62,726 bases of DNA, filler included, from Squatina squatina (GCA_031763465.1; 3 parts of 3 records of this genome joined end to end with filler, not necessarily neighbours in it); one strand, 5' to 3'; shown: positions 25,737 to 38,997, numbered from the whole stretch's first letter. Notes: a model not told the origin generated them from the letters alone. Translations and numbers: made by a program.

Positions 25737-25817
25737 CTCTTGAAGACAGTACCATGGGAAGTGTTGCTGACACAGTTGCTAGAGTACTAAAGGGCTGCCT
25801 AGAAAATATGCCAGAAG
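25737..25817 (+). CDS. PLK2: PLK2 exon preceding polo box 1
   Basis: [26 protein letters not shown]; ttccag acceptor and gtaaga donor; 81 nt. Confidence 0.94.
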
Positions 25818-25927
25818 GTAAGAGTTATGCCATCATTTGAATCCAATATAGATTTGAGTTGAAGATTGGGAGTTGACCACTTCACTGTCTTAAACATTTT
25901 AAGTAAGTGTTGTTGTTTCTTTTTCAG

Positions 25928-26087
25928 GAGACTGTCTGCCAAAACAGCAGTTGAGTTTCTCCCTCCAGTGGGTCACCAAGTGGGTGGATTATTCTAATAA
26001 ATATGGCTTTGGGTATCAATTGTCAGATCACACAGTTGGAGTCCTCTTCAATAATGGAACTCACATGAGCCTGTTGGCAGATAAAAA
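25928..26087 (+). CDS. PLK2: PLK2 polo box 1 exon
   Basis: [52 protein letters not shown]; 160 nt. Confidence 0.96.
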
Positions 26088-26185
26088 GTAAGTAGCCTGA
26101 TGAATTAATGATTTTGATTGTCTTTGAATCCAATTGATTTGAATGACCTGAGGTGCTAACCTATAGTATACCTTTCCTCTTTTAG

Positions 26186-26315
26186 AACTATCCATTACTA
26201 TGCAGAGCTGGGCCAGTGTTCCATCTTTTCTGCACTTGATGTGCCTGAAAAGTTCATTAGTCAAGTGACTATTCTGAAGTATTTTGCACACTATATGGAA
26301 GAAAATCTAATGGAG
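26186..26315 (+). CDS. PLK2: PLK2 polo box exon
   Basis: [43 protein letters not shown]; 130 nt. Confidence 0.95.
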
Positions 26316-26974
26316 GTAAGAATCCTTACAATGTNNNNNNNNNNNNNNNNNNNNNNNNNNNNNNNNNNNNNNNNNNNNNNNNNNNNNNNNNNNNNNNNNN
26401 NNNNNNNNNNNNNNNNNNNNNNNNNNNNNNNNNNNNNNNNNNNNNNNNNNNNNNNNNNNNNNNNNNNNNNNNNNNNNNNNNNNNNNNNNNNNNNNNNNNN
26501 NNNNNNNNNNNNNNNNNNNNNNNNNNNNNNNNNNNNNNNNNNNNNNNNNNNNNNNNNNNNNNNNNNNNNNNNNNNNNNNNNNNNNNNNNNNNNNNNNNNN
26601 NNNNNNNNNNNNNNNNNNNNNNNNNNNNNNNNNNNNNNNNNNNNNNNNNNNNNNNNNNNNNNNNNNNNNNNNNNNNNNNNNNNNNNNNNNNNNNNNNNNN
26701 NNNNNNNNNNNNNNNNNNNNNNNNNNNNNNNNNNNNNNNNNNNNNNNNNNNNNNNNNNNNNNNNNNNNNNNNNNNNNNNNNNNNNNNNNNNNNNNNNNNN
26801 NNNNNNNNNNNNNNNNNNNNNNNNNNNNNNNNNNNNNNNNNNNNNNNNNNNNNNNNNNNNNNNNNNNNNNNNNNNNNNNNNNNNNNNNNNNNNNNNNNNN
26901 NNNNNNNNNNNNNNNNNNNNNNNNNNNNNNNNNNNNNNNNNNNNNNNNNNNNNNNNNNNNNNNNNNNNNNNNNN

Positions 26975-27075
26975 TGCCTAGTTCAACAGATGCCCAGAAG
27001 CCTAGGCTGTGTCTCCTTCAGTGGTTAAAGTCTGACCGTGCACTAATGATGCTCTTTAGTGATGGCACATTCCAG
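26975..27075 (+). CDS. PLK2: PLK2 polo box 2 exon (5' end lost in gap)
   Basis: [33 protein letters not shown] followed by a gtgaga donor. Confidence 0.93.
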
Positions 27076-27565
27076 GTGAGAATTACATTGTATTTGGGCA
27101 GTATGTAGTTGCACTGAACTTATAAACTAATGTGCTGTCATGTAGGATGCAGGACAAGTTTGGCTACTTTCTTGACATACCTGTGGAAGGTGAGGCTCCT
27201 CCCCCATGAGGGAGATTGAAGGGCAAATCCACTTGTACCGTCTAGCTGCTTATTGGTGTTGGCAAATGGTTGCAATTGTGGTCGGCCAACCTTCTCACCA
27301 GGATATATGGATTAAGCCTGGGGGTAGAGAAAATACCAACCATATTGATAACTTGTACTCCAGTTATGAATTAGTAACTTCAGGGCTTTGTTGATTAATA
27401 CAGCAAGAATAAAGGAAAATAAAAATGCTGGCAAGCAACTGCATATATCAGTCAGCATTTAGAGACACTTTGGGTGATATACCATTCACCAAAACTCCCA
27501 TATAGTAATTTACTGTCATGAAGAATTGGTCATTGTAAGTAAATCTGACTTGTATTTTATCATAG

Positions 27566-27728
27566 GTGAATTTTTATCACGATCATACAAAAATCATTAT
27601 TTGCAACCACAATGAGGAGTACCTGCTTACCTATATCAATGAAGATAGAGTTTCTACTACATTCAAACTCTCCACACTGCTGATGTCTGGGTGTTCGCAA
27701 GAACTTCGTACCAGAATGGAATATGCAT
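27566..27728 (+). CDS. PLK2: PLK2 last coding exon (stop lost in gap)
   Basis: [54 protein letters not shown]. Confidence 0.95.
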
Positions 27729-29017
27729 NNNNNNNNNNNNNNNNNNNNNNNNNNNNNNNNNNNNNNNNNNNNNNNNNNNNNNNNNNNNNNNNNNNNNNNN
27801 NNNNNNNNNNNNNNNNNNNNNNNNNNNNGCTGGTTTCATTGTGGACCTTTGTGCCTAGAAGCAGATTTTTTTTTAAAGAATTATCTTAGTAGTTCCAGCA
27901 ATCTCAATTTCATTTACTTCTGGAAATTAGGCTGCGCAGCTTCAAGGAACAGCCATTGAACCAGACCTGAGACGTGAGCTGGGATTTCATTTGAAATATG
28001 GCTGGATGAGCTCAGAAGCAGAAATTCTCAACCTATCTCAACAGAAGCTGTCCAAAGAAGTCTTTCATTGATACATCATGCAAATCGAGCAATACGCTCA
28101 ATTATATCGAAAAATATAATTCTCCATAGTATATGAATGCAAGTCATTTTTTCATTAATAGTTGAGAAAGTATTAAATAAACACAAGGTTGACATTGACA
28201 TTAACCTGCACCTGTCAAGAGTTTTAAGGCTGTCAGATTGCATTGAGGTAGACATATGGTAATTGATGCAGAAGGAAGGGGAAAGTTGCAACTAGCTGCC
28301 AAAAACTTGCCATCTCTGAATCTGTCTCTAATTAAAAGTAATTTGGAGTTTTTAGGCAATCATTCTTCCATAACTATAGATAGCAATTGATGGTACCGTG
28401 TCCATTTGTACTTATTTTACTCCCAAGGGTTCCTGTTGTTGCCAGGTAGAGCGTTTACAAAGGACCTGAGTTCTGTAATTCATTATGCANNNNNNNNNNN
28501 NNNNNNNNNNNNNNNNNNNNNNNNNNNNNNNNNNNNNNNNNNNNNNNNNNNNNNNNNNNNNNNNNNNNNNNNNNNNNNNNNNNNNNNNNAGTCTGAAGGC
28601 GGCTCAACCAGGAGAAAAAGGCTATAGACATCAATTGCTAGTGCAGCAATTAATGTTCCTTCTAAGGGTTGCTTGCTGCCTACAGTGGGGTCTGAGCTTC
28701 AACACTACAAATAGAGGACAGTACTGAGCTTTGACAAGTGGCAAATGGAACAACAGATTTACATGTCCAAAGCTGCATTATTATATCGCTCGCAAATAAC
28801 ATTGCAAATGTGTAACCCATTCATTATAGATGCCTGAACATATGAAATACAGAATTATAATTTGTGTAATTTGTGCATCAGAAGGTGCTTACTGAGTGCA
28901 GTTGATTGTACATTAAAGTTATATACTTAAGCTTGACACTGAGGTATTTTGCTAAAGCAGGCTGAAACAATTGTTTATGCACGTTATTCGTATATTTGGA
29001 GAATTGTATTTACTCAC

Positions 29018-29130
29018 CAATAAACAGAAGAGGAACAACAGAAACAGAGCAAGCAGGCAGCCCAATACAATTAGTATTATAGCCCAATATGGTAATTTTG
29101 ATTTGGCGTAACTGACTGGTGCTTGAGCTT
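29018..29130 (-). CDS. Isolated exon encoding a single-pass transmembrane segment (mucin/SEA-protein-like), gene unidentified
   Basis: tttaattcag|..AQAPVSYAKSKLPYWAIILIVLGCLLALFLLFLFCLL|gtgagt; 113 nt, phase 1 in and phase 0 out. LPYWAIILI resembles the juxtamembrane LPFWAVILI motif of MUC16-like mucins. Confidence 0.65.
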
Positions 29131-29735
29131 CTGAATTAAAAATCAGACACATGGCAGTCACTAATAATGAATGTAAAGCTAATAAAAGCCTAAGGTAAAT
29201 TATCCTTATGATAAATAAGCTCAGTTAGACAATAAAAATTGTAATCTATTCAGCCCAACAATGGCCACACATCAATAATGTTCATTATAAACTTTGAATT
29301 TGTGGATGAAGAGAAATCCTTGCTGTCTCCAGACAGCTTAAATCACATGTCACCAGCCAAAGACACACGTAAGTATCCCTTTAACTTTGTCTTTTACTGA
29401 ACTTGCGCATTAGACAACAATATTTTATTCTATGAAACTTAACAGGCAGAAACAAGTTTCTGGGATGTCTTTTTCTGTCAGTTTCAGTGGACACTGTCTC
29501 AGTACAACAGCACTGGATAATGCAATTTTCCGCTACTTTTAACTGATGGAATGCAATTTTATTTTTCCTTTTTCAAATGATCTCCACTCATTTCCTGAAG
29601 ACACTGACATTTGCCGGGTGGGACTTAAATGGGTGCTGTCAGCCCTCCAGTACCTTATTCTTCAAAAGTGAGTCTGGACAATGAGTGTCAGCTGGCTGCT
29701 GCCTTTGCTCTGTCATCCACACTCGAGCAGCTCCC

Positions 29736-29965
29736 CCCTCAGGTGGACTTAAAAGATCCCATGGCAATATTTGAATAAGACCAGGGGAGCCAACATTTAT
29801 CCCACAACCAATATCAATAAAAACATCATTTGCTCATTTATCTCATTATTGTTTGTGGGACCTTAACTGTGTGCAATTTGCCTACCGTATTTCCCTATAT
29901 TACAATGGCTGTGAAGCACTTTGGGACATTGTCAGGTTGTGAAGCAAATCTATGTTCTTTCTTTA
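29736..29965 (+). mobile_element. SacSINE1/Deu-domain SINE 3' part
   Basis: CTCAGGTGGACTTAAAAGATCCCATGGCA...ATTTATCCC.CAACCAA...GTGAAGCACTTTGGGAC...TCTTTCTTT. Confidence 0.75.
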
Positions 29966-30449
29966 TTTCTCCTTCCATTTTCTTTCTTTTTGCGAAGCAT
30001 CTACACATGAAAAAAATTAACAGGGTGACTCTCAGCAAATCAGCATCAGCTTTATGTTGGTTTTACATCTTCTACAGCAGTATTTCAACAAAGCTGTTAT
30101 CTACAGGCACTTTCTTGAAACTGTATTGATATGAAATAACTCAATCTATAGTTGGCACATACAGCATGAAATTTTCACCTTGACACAGGAATGCAAATGA
30201 TACTTAAATTGAAGCAAACCTAGTTTTATGTTGATTTATTGACACATCTGTACTTGCACTATGCATTGTTTTTCAACTGACTTTGTACTGGGACTTAGGG
30301 TTGAAATTTAACCCACAAGAATGGCTGTGCTGGGGTTGGGTGAGATGTANNNNNNNNNNNNNNNNNNNNNNNNNNNNNNNNNNNNNNNNNNNNNNNNNNN
30401 NNNNNNNNNNNNNNNNNNNNNNNNNNNNNNNNNNNNNNNNNNNNNNNNN

Positions 30450-31470
30450 CCAGCACCAGCCTGCTGGTCACAGGCCTGTAGCTCCCCTGTAACAGGAGAA
30501 CGGGGAGCAGCACACAGGGTCTACAGGTAGAGGATAAGCTTCTTCGACATGTCTGAACACCAGTGTCTCAGAAGGCTCAGGGTATCACATCAGGTGGTGG
30601 CAGACATTTGCAGCCTGCTGGAACAAGACCTACTGCCAGCTGGACCTGGTGGCCATGATTTACCAGTGGCTGTCAAAGTCTGGATCCTTCCAGGGCTCTG
30701 CTGGAGACAAGTGCAGGGTCTCGCAGTCAGTGGCACACATATGTATAAGATAGGTGAATGATGGCTTGTTTGCCAGGGTCAGCAAGTATGAGAACTTTGC
30801 CTGCAATGATGCCAGTCGGAATGAGTGGGTGCTCGGGTTTTCGGTTCTGGCGGGCTATCTACAGGTTCAGGGCATCACTGACTGCACACATGTGGCAATT
30901 AAGGCACACATAGATTACCCAGGAGTGTTCATCAACTGCAAGGGCTACCACTCCATCATTGTGCAGCTGGTGTGCAACCACAAAATGATCTTTATGCAGT
31001 TGTGCACAAGATTCCCAGGCAGATGCTTTTGTCCTGTGGCAGTCCACCCTCCCAAATGTCTTCGCATCTGCAAGTAGCGTTATTGGCTGGCTGCTCGGAG
31101 ACAAAGGATACACAGTTAAAACGTGGCTGATGACACGTTTCAGAAACCTGAGGAATGAGGCCAGGAGTGATACAATGAATGCCATATCAGCACCAGATGT
31201 CTCACTGAACAAGCCATCGGCATGCTGAAGATACGCTTTAGTTGCCAGGACAGATCTGGAGGCGCCCTTCAGTATGCACCAGCCAGGGTCTCCAGAATGC
31301 TTGTGGTGTGCTGCGCTCTGCAAAATATTGCACAGCAGCGAGGTTTGGAGTTGCAGGAGGACCAAGGAGCAGAGTACAGAGCTTCTTCGGAGAATTCCGA
31401 GGAGGGAGAGGAGGAGGAGAAAGATGAGGAGGCTGAAGGTGATGAGGGAAATGCACCAACAGCGGCACAC
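30450..31470 (+). mobile_element. PIF/Harbinger transposase (HARBI1-like DDE), decayed copy 1
   Basis: [94 protein letters not shown] and an acidic tail. Carries frameshifts and stops. Confidence 0.92.
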
Positions 31471-31570
31471 NNNNNNNNNNNNNNNNNNNNNNNNNNNNNN
31501 NNNNNNNNNNNNNNNNNNNNNNNNNNNNNNNNNNNNNNNNNNNNNNNNNNNNNNNNNNNNNNNNNNNNNN

Positions 31571-32135
31571 CGGGACACCAGAGTCTCAGGAGGCTCAGGG
31601 TGTCACATCAGGTGGTGGCAGATGTTTGCAGCCTGCTGGAACAAGACCTGCTGCCAAGTGGGCCTGGTGGCCACACTGTCAAAGTCACCAGCACCCTCAA
31701 CTTCTTTGCCTCTGGATCCTTCCAGGGCTCAGCTGGAGACATTTGCAGGATCTTGCAGCTGGTGGCCCACAAATGCATAAGGCAGCTCACTGATGGGATG
31801 TTTGTCAGGGCTGGCAATTATGTACACTATTCCTACGAAGAAGCCAGTCAGAATGAGTGGACGCTTGGGTTTGTAGCTCTGGCTGGCTTCCTACAGGTGC
31901 AGGACGTCATCGTCTGCACGCATGTACCAATTAGGGCACCCCTAGATTACCCTGGAGTATTCATAAGCCACAAGGGCTTCCACTCCATCAATGTGCAGTT
32001 GGTGTGCAACCACAAAAAGATGTTTGTGCAGGTGTGCATAAGATTCTCAGGCAGCTGCCATGATGCTTTCATCCTGCAGCAGTCCACCCCCCCTGATCTT
32101 TACGCATCTTGAAGAAGACCTACCAGCTGGCTAGC
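31571..32135 (+). mobile_element. PIF/Harbinger transposase, decayed copy 2
   Basis: [80 protein letters not shown]. Confidence 0.92.
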
Positions 32136-32235
32136 NNNNNNNNNNNNNNNNNNNNNNNNNNNNNNNNNNNNNNNNNNNNNNNNNNNNNNNNNNNNNNNNN
32201 NNNNNNNNNNNNNNNNNNNNNNNNNNNNNNNNNNN

Positions 32236-32410
32236 TCCACTCCTTCAATGTGTAGCTCGTCTGCAACCACAAAGATAATTATGCAGGTGTTTGCAAGATT
32301 CCCAGGAAGCTGCCATCTTGCCTTCTTCCTGTGCCTGTCCACCCTCCCGGAGCTCTTCGCACCTCCGAACAGACTTACTAACTGACTGCTTGGAGACAAG
32401 GACTATTCAC
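32236..32410 (+). mobile_element. PIF/Harbinger transposase, fragment 3
   Basis: [34 protein letters not shown]. Confidence 0.85.
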
Positions 32411-32669
32411 TTGGAAATCCAAATTTAAGAGATCCAGCAGCTCAGTGAGAGAAGCATAGGGGTGGGGGAAGGGTATTGGCAATTTAAAATAGCAGTTGAC
32501 TTTTAGTTAACTCGTATTTAGGGCAAATATGCACCAAGTAATGGAGCCGGTGGAACTTGGACAGTGGAAGCAGGGAGAAAGGATGGCAGCAGATTCCCAT
32601 GGATAGACATGAAGCAATGAAGAGCTCAGCTAGGGAACTGCTGGCCTAGCAGCAGCCAACTTCAGAAAA

Positions 32670-34330
32670 AATAGCAGCGAGTTTTAGAGCTGCAGAAGAA
32701 GCAAGGTGCAGAGTGTAGTGTCTCTTCATAGGAGGGACAGGAGGAGGAGGAGGGGGAGGGGGAGGGGAAGAACAACGTCATATGGCCATGGCACCAGTAG
32801 TGGTACACATGGTTGCTCGGGACAGACTCATAATGGCAATATTTAGTTAGGTTGCACCACTGCACGCATCAGGCAGCCATATGCTGAACCCACTTGTCCC
32901 CCCTTCCTTCCCCCAGCACAAAGCACTGCTGCAATCAACAAAGCATCCCTTTCACAGATACCCATTGCTTGGATTTAAGTCTGGTCTTTCCAGTCATTAA
33001 AGTGAGAAGGCCACTGGCCAGGCTGCAGGCAAAAATGGACAAGGCAGGAAAGCGGTGCAAGCAAATAATATTTACGTGGTTCAAAATTTAAAGAAAAACC
33101 TAGCAGTGCGACATTGTGTAACACACCCATGTGCAACTACTAATCTTTCATCTTCCTTTTTCTACTACCCCTCTATCGTACGACCCCTGTGGTTTCAGCA
33201 GAGTCAGAGGCCAGAAGCTCACATTGCTACTCTAACTGCTGAGATGCTCTTGGGTGATGTCCTTTGAGTTTTGGAACCTGTAGGAGTCCCACCCAAGGCT
33301 GCTCCACCTGCACCACCGTGAGGGCAGACTCAGCCATCGGACACGAGGCAGCATGTCGGGTATTGACTGAGAGGGAGACAACGGGTGAGAAATGGAAGCA
33401 CTTGGAGCAGGGTCCCGACTTCCATTTTCCCCTTTCACCATCTTCCCTCTCATGGCCCACTTGCACTTCACTGCTAGCAGTAAGCTGGAGAGCACCATGC
33501 TGCACATCAGTGGGCCGCTGAACGGCCAAGGATGATTTTGATCAAATCCAGTTAAAGTGGCATTCAGAGTGTGCAAGCCATGGGTGATGACCAACATGTG
33601 CTCCTTTGACTGCCGCATTTGATGCTCCATGCAGGTGGCCACTCTTTCCATGGACAAACATCATAGCGACATGATGCCACTCATGCTTGAGACAGACTCC
33701 TCCAGTCTCTCTGCAAGTTTGCATAATGTGCTGGAAATCCTGTCAGAGCCTCACACATTATTTTTGCTGTTGCTCCAGAATTATCCTCGTCATCGACAGC
33801 CCCCCGAGGTTCGGTATTTGTGTCCAGCTGAGCAGAGCTTGAAGCTCCGGCGAGGACTCTCCACTGCTGTCCCTGTCTCCAACATCTGCTTGTGATGTGA
33901 GACACCAGGTGGCAACACAACGTGTATGTATCTGCGCTGGTGCATGGTCTGTATGGGTCCTATGACACTACACCCTCAGAGTGAGTGACCTCTGAGAAGT
34001 CANNNNNNNNNNNNNNNNNNNNNNNNNNNNNNNNNNNNNNNNNNNNNNNNNNNNNNNNNNNNNNNNNNNNNNNNNNNNNNNNNNNNNNNNNNNNNNNNNN
34101 NNGTCCCTGACTCCACCATCTGCTCTTGCTCACTTGTGAAGTGCAAGTCACCATGTGAAACCCCAAATATCTCTCTAACTTGTCCCACAGAAGTGCGAGT
34201 ATCTGGGCTGGTGCATGGTCTATGTAAGTCCTGTGACAGTGCACCCTGAGCGGGTGTGAGCTCCTCTGAGGTGTCGTCGTCATGGCCAACCTGGACGACT
34301 TCCTACTGGATGCATGAAGGCCCTGTGGGA
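32670..34330. mobile_element. Harbinger remnants: transposase 3' end (plus strand) and convergent second ORF (minus strand), degenerate
   Basis: 32670-32780 resembles the QNIAQQRGLELQE..acidic end of copy 1. Disrupted minus-strand ORFs at 33227-34397 fit the two-ORF convergent Harbinger layout. Confidence 0.55.
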
Positions 34331-37194
34331 GATAAAAGACATGAATGAGTACTGTAAAGGTAAGAATGCTTGAAATTATCATTATGCACATGATCATATT
34401 TCAGTGGCTGTTGACATCAAGACAACATGACTGAATGTTGTATGCCATGCAGCTGGCTGATATTTAATTCTGTCACTAGTGAGTCACTGAGAACTTCTAG
34501 ATTATTGGAAAGAAAAGCAGTTATAAAGAAGTGCACAAGGGTAATGTTTGATATAGCACTTGATTTGTTTGCTCCATTCAATGAATAAATGTGATATTAT
34601 TGTTTCATGTGTGGTACTTTCTGCCATTTCACTTTATTGGGTCACTCAACGAAGGATACCTGGAAAGGGTGATGCTGAGGATAGTGAAGGGANNNNNNNN
34701 NNNNNNNNNNNNNNNNNNNNNNNNNNNNNNNNNNNNNNNNNNNNNNNNNNNNNNNNNNNNNNNNNNNNNNNNNNNNNNNNNNNNNNNNNNNNTCCATACC
34801 CCCTGATCCCTTTAGCCGTAAGGGCCACATCTAACTCCCTTTTGAATATAGCATTGCTAAACTAATTTTAATTCTTATCCCATTTAGGACAACATCCATT
34901 TTATGTGCAATCAGCTTGTTTTGATCAAAAAAAAGAATTAAATTGGAAATAAGGCAGTTGAGAATGGAAACTGTAGGCTTAAATTTAACATTGCTAAATT
35001 GGTCAGAATCCTTTTTGAGCTCAGGCCTCATTCAATCCTGTGCATAATTCAGACCTGGATTCCTAAACTCATTAAGACTGGTCGGAGCGTCTAATGTACT
35101 AGCTCCGATTAGTATTTTTGGATTTTGAGCAGCCTTAAAGAGACCACCAGAGGCTGTTTCAGAAAAGCCCCCCCGAACCTACAGAATGTTGCTTTTCATG
35201 GAGTGGGAAGGACTACTGGTGCTTAATGACTCCAGAAAATGCTACAAATCTAAACATTAATAATAAAAAAAAATTGTAAGGCAAGTTGGCACTACATCGA
35301 GTAAATGTTATACTTCGCTGTTTCTAAAAAGATTCCCCACTAAAAATGAATAAGAATACTACATTTTGCCATAATTCTTGTTTGTTGATCAAGTGGTTAG
35401 GAAGTGAAATAAATGTAAACATGATGTGGTGCAAGATTTTCACTGGAACAGTTTAAATGATATTGACAGGAGCGGAGTGGAAAAGCATCCACCCTAATCA
35501 GAGGGGAAAAAAGACTCTATTGCTAATAAATCATGCTGGCTTTGGCCAATTGGCTCATTGTTGAACAGAAGAGGCCACATTGGGCAGGAAACAGGTGTCA
35601 CTGGTGACGTTTGGGAAGCTTGGCTGAGCGGACCTCCATCCCACAAGAACTGAAAAGTAAAACAAGATCTGAACCTTTGGCAAAAATAATCCTGAGAAGT
35701 GTTTCCTTTTCGAGTACTCTTAAATGTTTTGAAACACACCCTGTTCTTTGTCAATTTTCATATGAAGTCTGACTTTTCAAGCCTTTTAAATAAAAACATT
35801 TTTGTTGGNNNNNNNNNNNNNNNNNNNNNNNNNNNNNNNNNNNNNNNNNNNNNNNNNNNNNNNNNNNNNNNNNNNNNNNNNNNNNNNNNNNNNNNNNNNN
35901 NNNNNNNNCTTCGGTGGGGAGGGGTATACCTTTGCTGCCTGCTCATAAGAGCAAGTTAAGATCGGGATTGGCACGAAGCATATGGGATACCAGTGGATAA
36001 GTCACCCATTTTAATTGCACACACACTAGGTTTCTATTAGGCGTATTGGGTTAAAGTCCCCTCTTTCTAGACTGTAATTAACCTTGGATTGCTTGATACT
36101 GGTTTCACTGGCATTCCTCATCTTGATGAGCAAAATCAATTCACCAACAACATAAATTTAGGGATGGATTTTTGAATAACTGGGTGTGACAACACTGGTG
36201 CCTGATAAAGTGTTCTGAAATATTAACCTGTCTTTCTCCTTCAGGTGGTGATTGAGTTGTTGTGCATCTCCAGCATTTTTTCTTTTTCTTTAGAAAAAAT
36301 GATTGGGAGAGGAGTCATTCGGGTTTTATTGCTTGTGTTGAGCTAATATCGATGAACACATACTATCCTCAGCTGTATGTTTCTGAGTTCATTCTGAACT
36401 GTTTATCAACTGCACCAAGAGGAAGGAGACATGTTGATAACAAGGGTATCAAAGCGCTTATCTTGTTTTTTTCCATGCCTAATTAAACTTGTGCTTCATG
36501 TTTCTATCTAATTCACTTCCTCAGGCTTCTCTGCATCTGCTCCTACAAGCCTGCAAATCATCTTTACTTGTACACTATACATCAATCTCACATTCAGCTT
36601 TCAGATTGTGCTCTGTTCATTACTTCCCAACGTGACCTTATGTCCTTTCAAATAGATATCTCCATTTATAAAGCAGCGACACAGGCAATTGTTTGCAGTG
36701 CTGCTTCAGCTTTAACCAAGTGTCCATTGTGACAAGGGCTTGACAAGGATTGTGCTGTAGCTGTAAATGATAGCTTCTCTGAGGCTGAGGAATATTTTTG
36801 TTTGGTGTCTGGGATGGGTTTTATTATAGTAACATTTTGTGCTCCGAGGTAGTTTCTGTGATCGAATTACAGCTTTCAGTAAGTTTCTTACTTTTGAAGC
36901 CTTGTGCTAACAATTCCTTTTACCACCCCCACCCCCCCTACCCTTGTACGTACACTTGTGAGCTTCCTGTAGTAATCTACAGGGACGTGTTTGCTGGTCT
37001 TTAAAGTGCAGATGTGCACTAAAATAGCATAGTGTTCTCTGATATGTAAACAAGTGAACCTTTATCAGTGCAATAAACTGCACAATCAATAATATTCTGG
37101 CGTGACTGCACTCCAAGACTCCCTGCTGCTTGTGCAGAGGGACAGCTTCAATGCTCAGCATTGATTACATCATTTCAATTCTTTGTGATCAATG

Positions 37195-37641
37195 GGGGGA
37201 GTTTTAACCCCCTAAAAACAGGTGAGCTGGGGTTGGGTGGGAGGTGGAAGTATTAAAAATGTAAATCATGATCCCAACCGCCGACTTCTGAGTTTAATGG
37301 AGGTGGGATGGGAGGACGGGCAGCCAACTCACTCCCAGGAGGCGGGATGGCACTTTAAGTATTATAGTGAGGCTGGAAGCCTTGGAATTCACCTGCTGTG
37401 CAGGTTTAACTGCATCCGTCAGGGGCTCTCGGAAGCTGCAGTGAGGCAAGCACTCCTTGTGGGCCGGGAGGAGTAGGAATGCTACCTCCACCATCGGACA
37501 CCCCTGCCCCAGATCGGCCCACCCCCACGCAGGGTTGGACCTCCCCCGGATCGTTTCCCACCCCCGCCCCCCCACCCACCAAGGTCGAAACCCTCTGCCG
37601 GATTGGACCCCTCCGCCGGATCGGACCCCCCCAGGGTTAGG
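37195..37641. mobile_element. Harbinger-like element terminus
   Basis: GGGGGAGTTTTAACCCCC..GCTGGGGTTGGGTGGGA resembles the terminus at 30298 (GGGTTGAAATTTAACCC..GCTGGGGTTGGGTGAG) that precedes the transposase. Confidence 0.55.
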
Positions 37642-38402
37642 NNNNNNNNNNNNNNNNNNNNNNNNNNNNNNNNNNNNNNNNNNNNNNNNNNNNNNNNNNN
37701 NNNNNNNNNNNNNNNNNNNNNNNNNNNNNNNNNNNNNNNNNACATTAATATAATTCCAAACATTGAACGTTGTTTCACCAAACAGATAAGTCAAAGTAGC
37801 CTTCTGGATATCTCCTTGGATGTTCTTTAAACAGTTTTGCATCACCAAGCCTTAGGAATGTCAGTCATCTAGTGGTCAGAAAGAGTTCACCACACCTGGT
37901 GCCTCAATAGCACATCCAAACTCTGGCTCATTGAATTCACTGATCACTGGACCAAGCCCTGAAAGAAGGCTTTGAAGCTTTTCTTCTGATCATAATCCCT
38001 TGGCATATTATTTTCACACAATCTATTCAACACTGTATAGCTCTAATTCAAGAAATGCTACTCTTGACTGGAAAAGATCTGGGATCAAAGCAAAGCTGGC
38101 TAGCTTTGATGTCATTATCTTGTTGCTATAAATGCNNNNNNNNNNAGAAGCATGCCAGCAAATCCAGCAAGTAAATTCAGATGCCACCTTATCTTTAAAA
38201 GCATTGAATAATCTTTACAATAATTATACACTACAGACTTTTAAAAAGTCTAAAAGCTTTCATTGCTAATTATAATAATGTCAACAGTATTATTAATACG
38301 GGGCTCAATATGATTCTCTGGAACATATTGATGCTATTCACCAAAAAGGTGTTTTTTGCATGCTATTCAACAAATGTACCTGGTCTGTGGGCCTGTGATA
38401 TG

Positions 38403-38792
38403 CGGCAACAGTAACATAGTGGTTGTGTTACTGGGCTGGTAATCCAGAGGCCTAGACTAATCTGGATGTGTGAGTTCAAATCCCTCCATAGCAGTTGCGG
38501 CATCTAAATTCAGTTAGTTAAATAAATCTGGGATCAGCAATGGTGAAATTACCAGTCTGTTATAAAACCCCAACGGGTTCACTAATGTTCGCTAGGGAGG
38601 GAAATCTGCTGTCCTTACTTGGTCTGGCCTATATGTGACTCCAGACCCACAGCAATGTGGTTGACTCTTATTTACCTTCTGAATGAAAACAAGCAAGCCA
38701 CTCTACAATGGGCTGCAGCAGTTCAAGAAGGTAGCTCACTACCACCTTCTAAAGGGCAATTAGGGATGGGCAATAAATTATCGATGCCCACA
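38403..38792 (+). mobile_element. tRNA-derived SINE with CR1-like 3' tail
   Basis: A/B-box-like head (TAGTGG..GAGTTCAAATCCC). The tail CAGTTCAAGAAGG.AGCTCAC.ACCACCTTCT..AGGGATGGGCAATAAA..GATGCCCACAT is shared with the LINE at 1140-1743. Confidence 0.8.
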
Positions 38793-38997
38793 TAGAATCA
38801 TAGAAATTTACAGCATGTAAGGAGGCCATTTGGCCCATTTTGTCCGCGCCGGCTGACAAAAAGCCATCCAGCCTAATCCCACTTTCTGGCTCTTGGTCCG
38901 TAGCCTTGTAGGTTACGGCACTTCAAGTGGACATCCAAGTACTTTTTAAAAGTTATGAGGGTTTCTGCCTCTACCACCCTCTCAGGCAGTGAGTTCC
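38793..38997 (-). mobile_element. CR1 LINE 3' end
   Basis: NSLPERVVEAETLITFKKYLDVHLKCRNLQGYGPRARKWD*. Confidence 0.88.

Noticed and set aside
26241-26981. Long ORFs in the track consisting mostly of X (also 48791-49544, 31222-32112 and others)
   Set aside because: Their length comes from N runs, which contain no stop codons.
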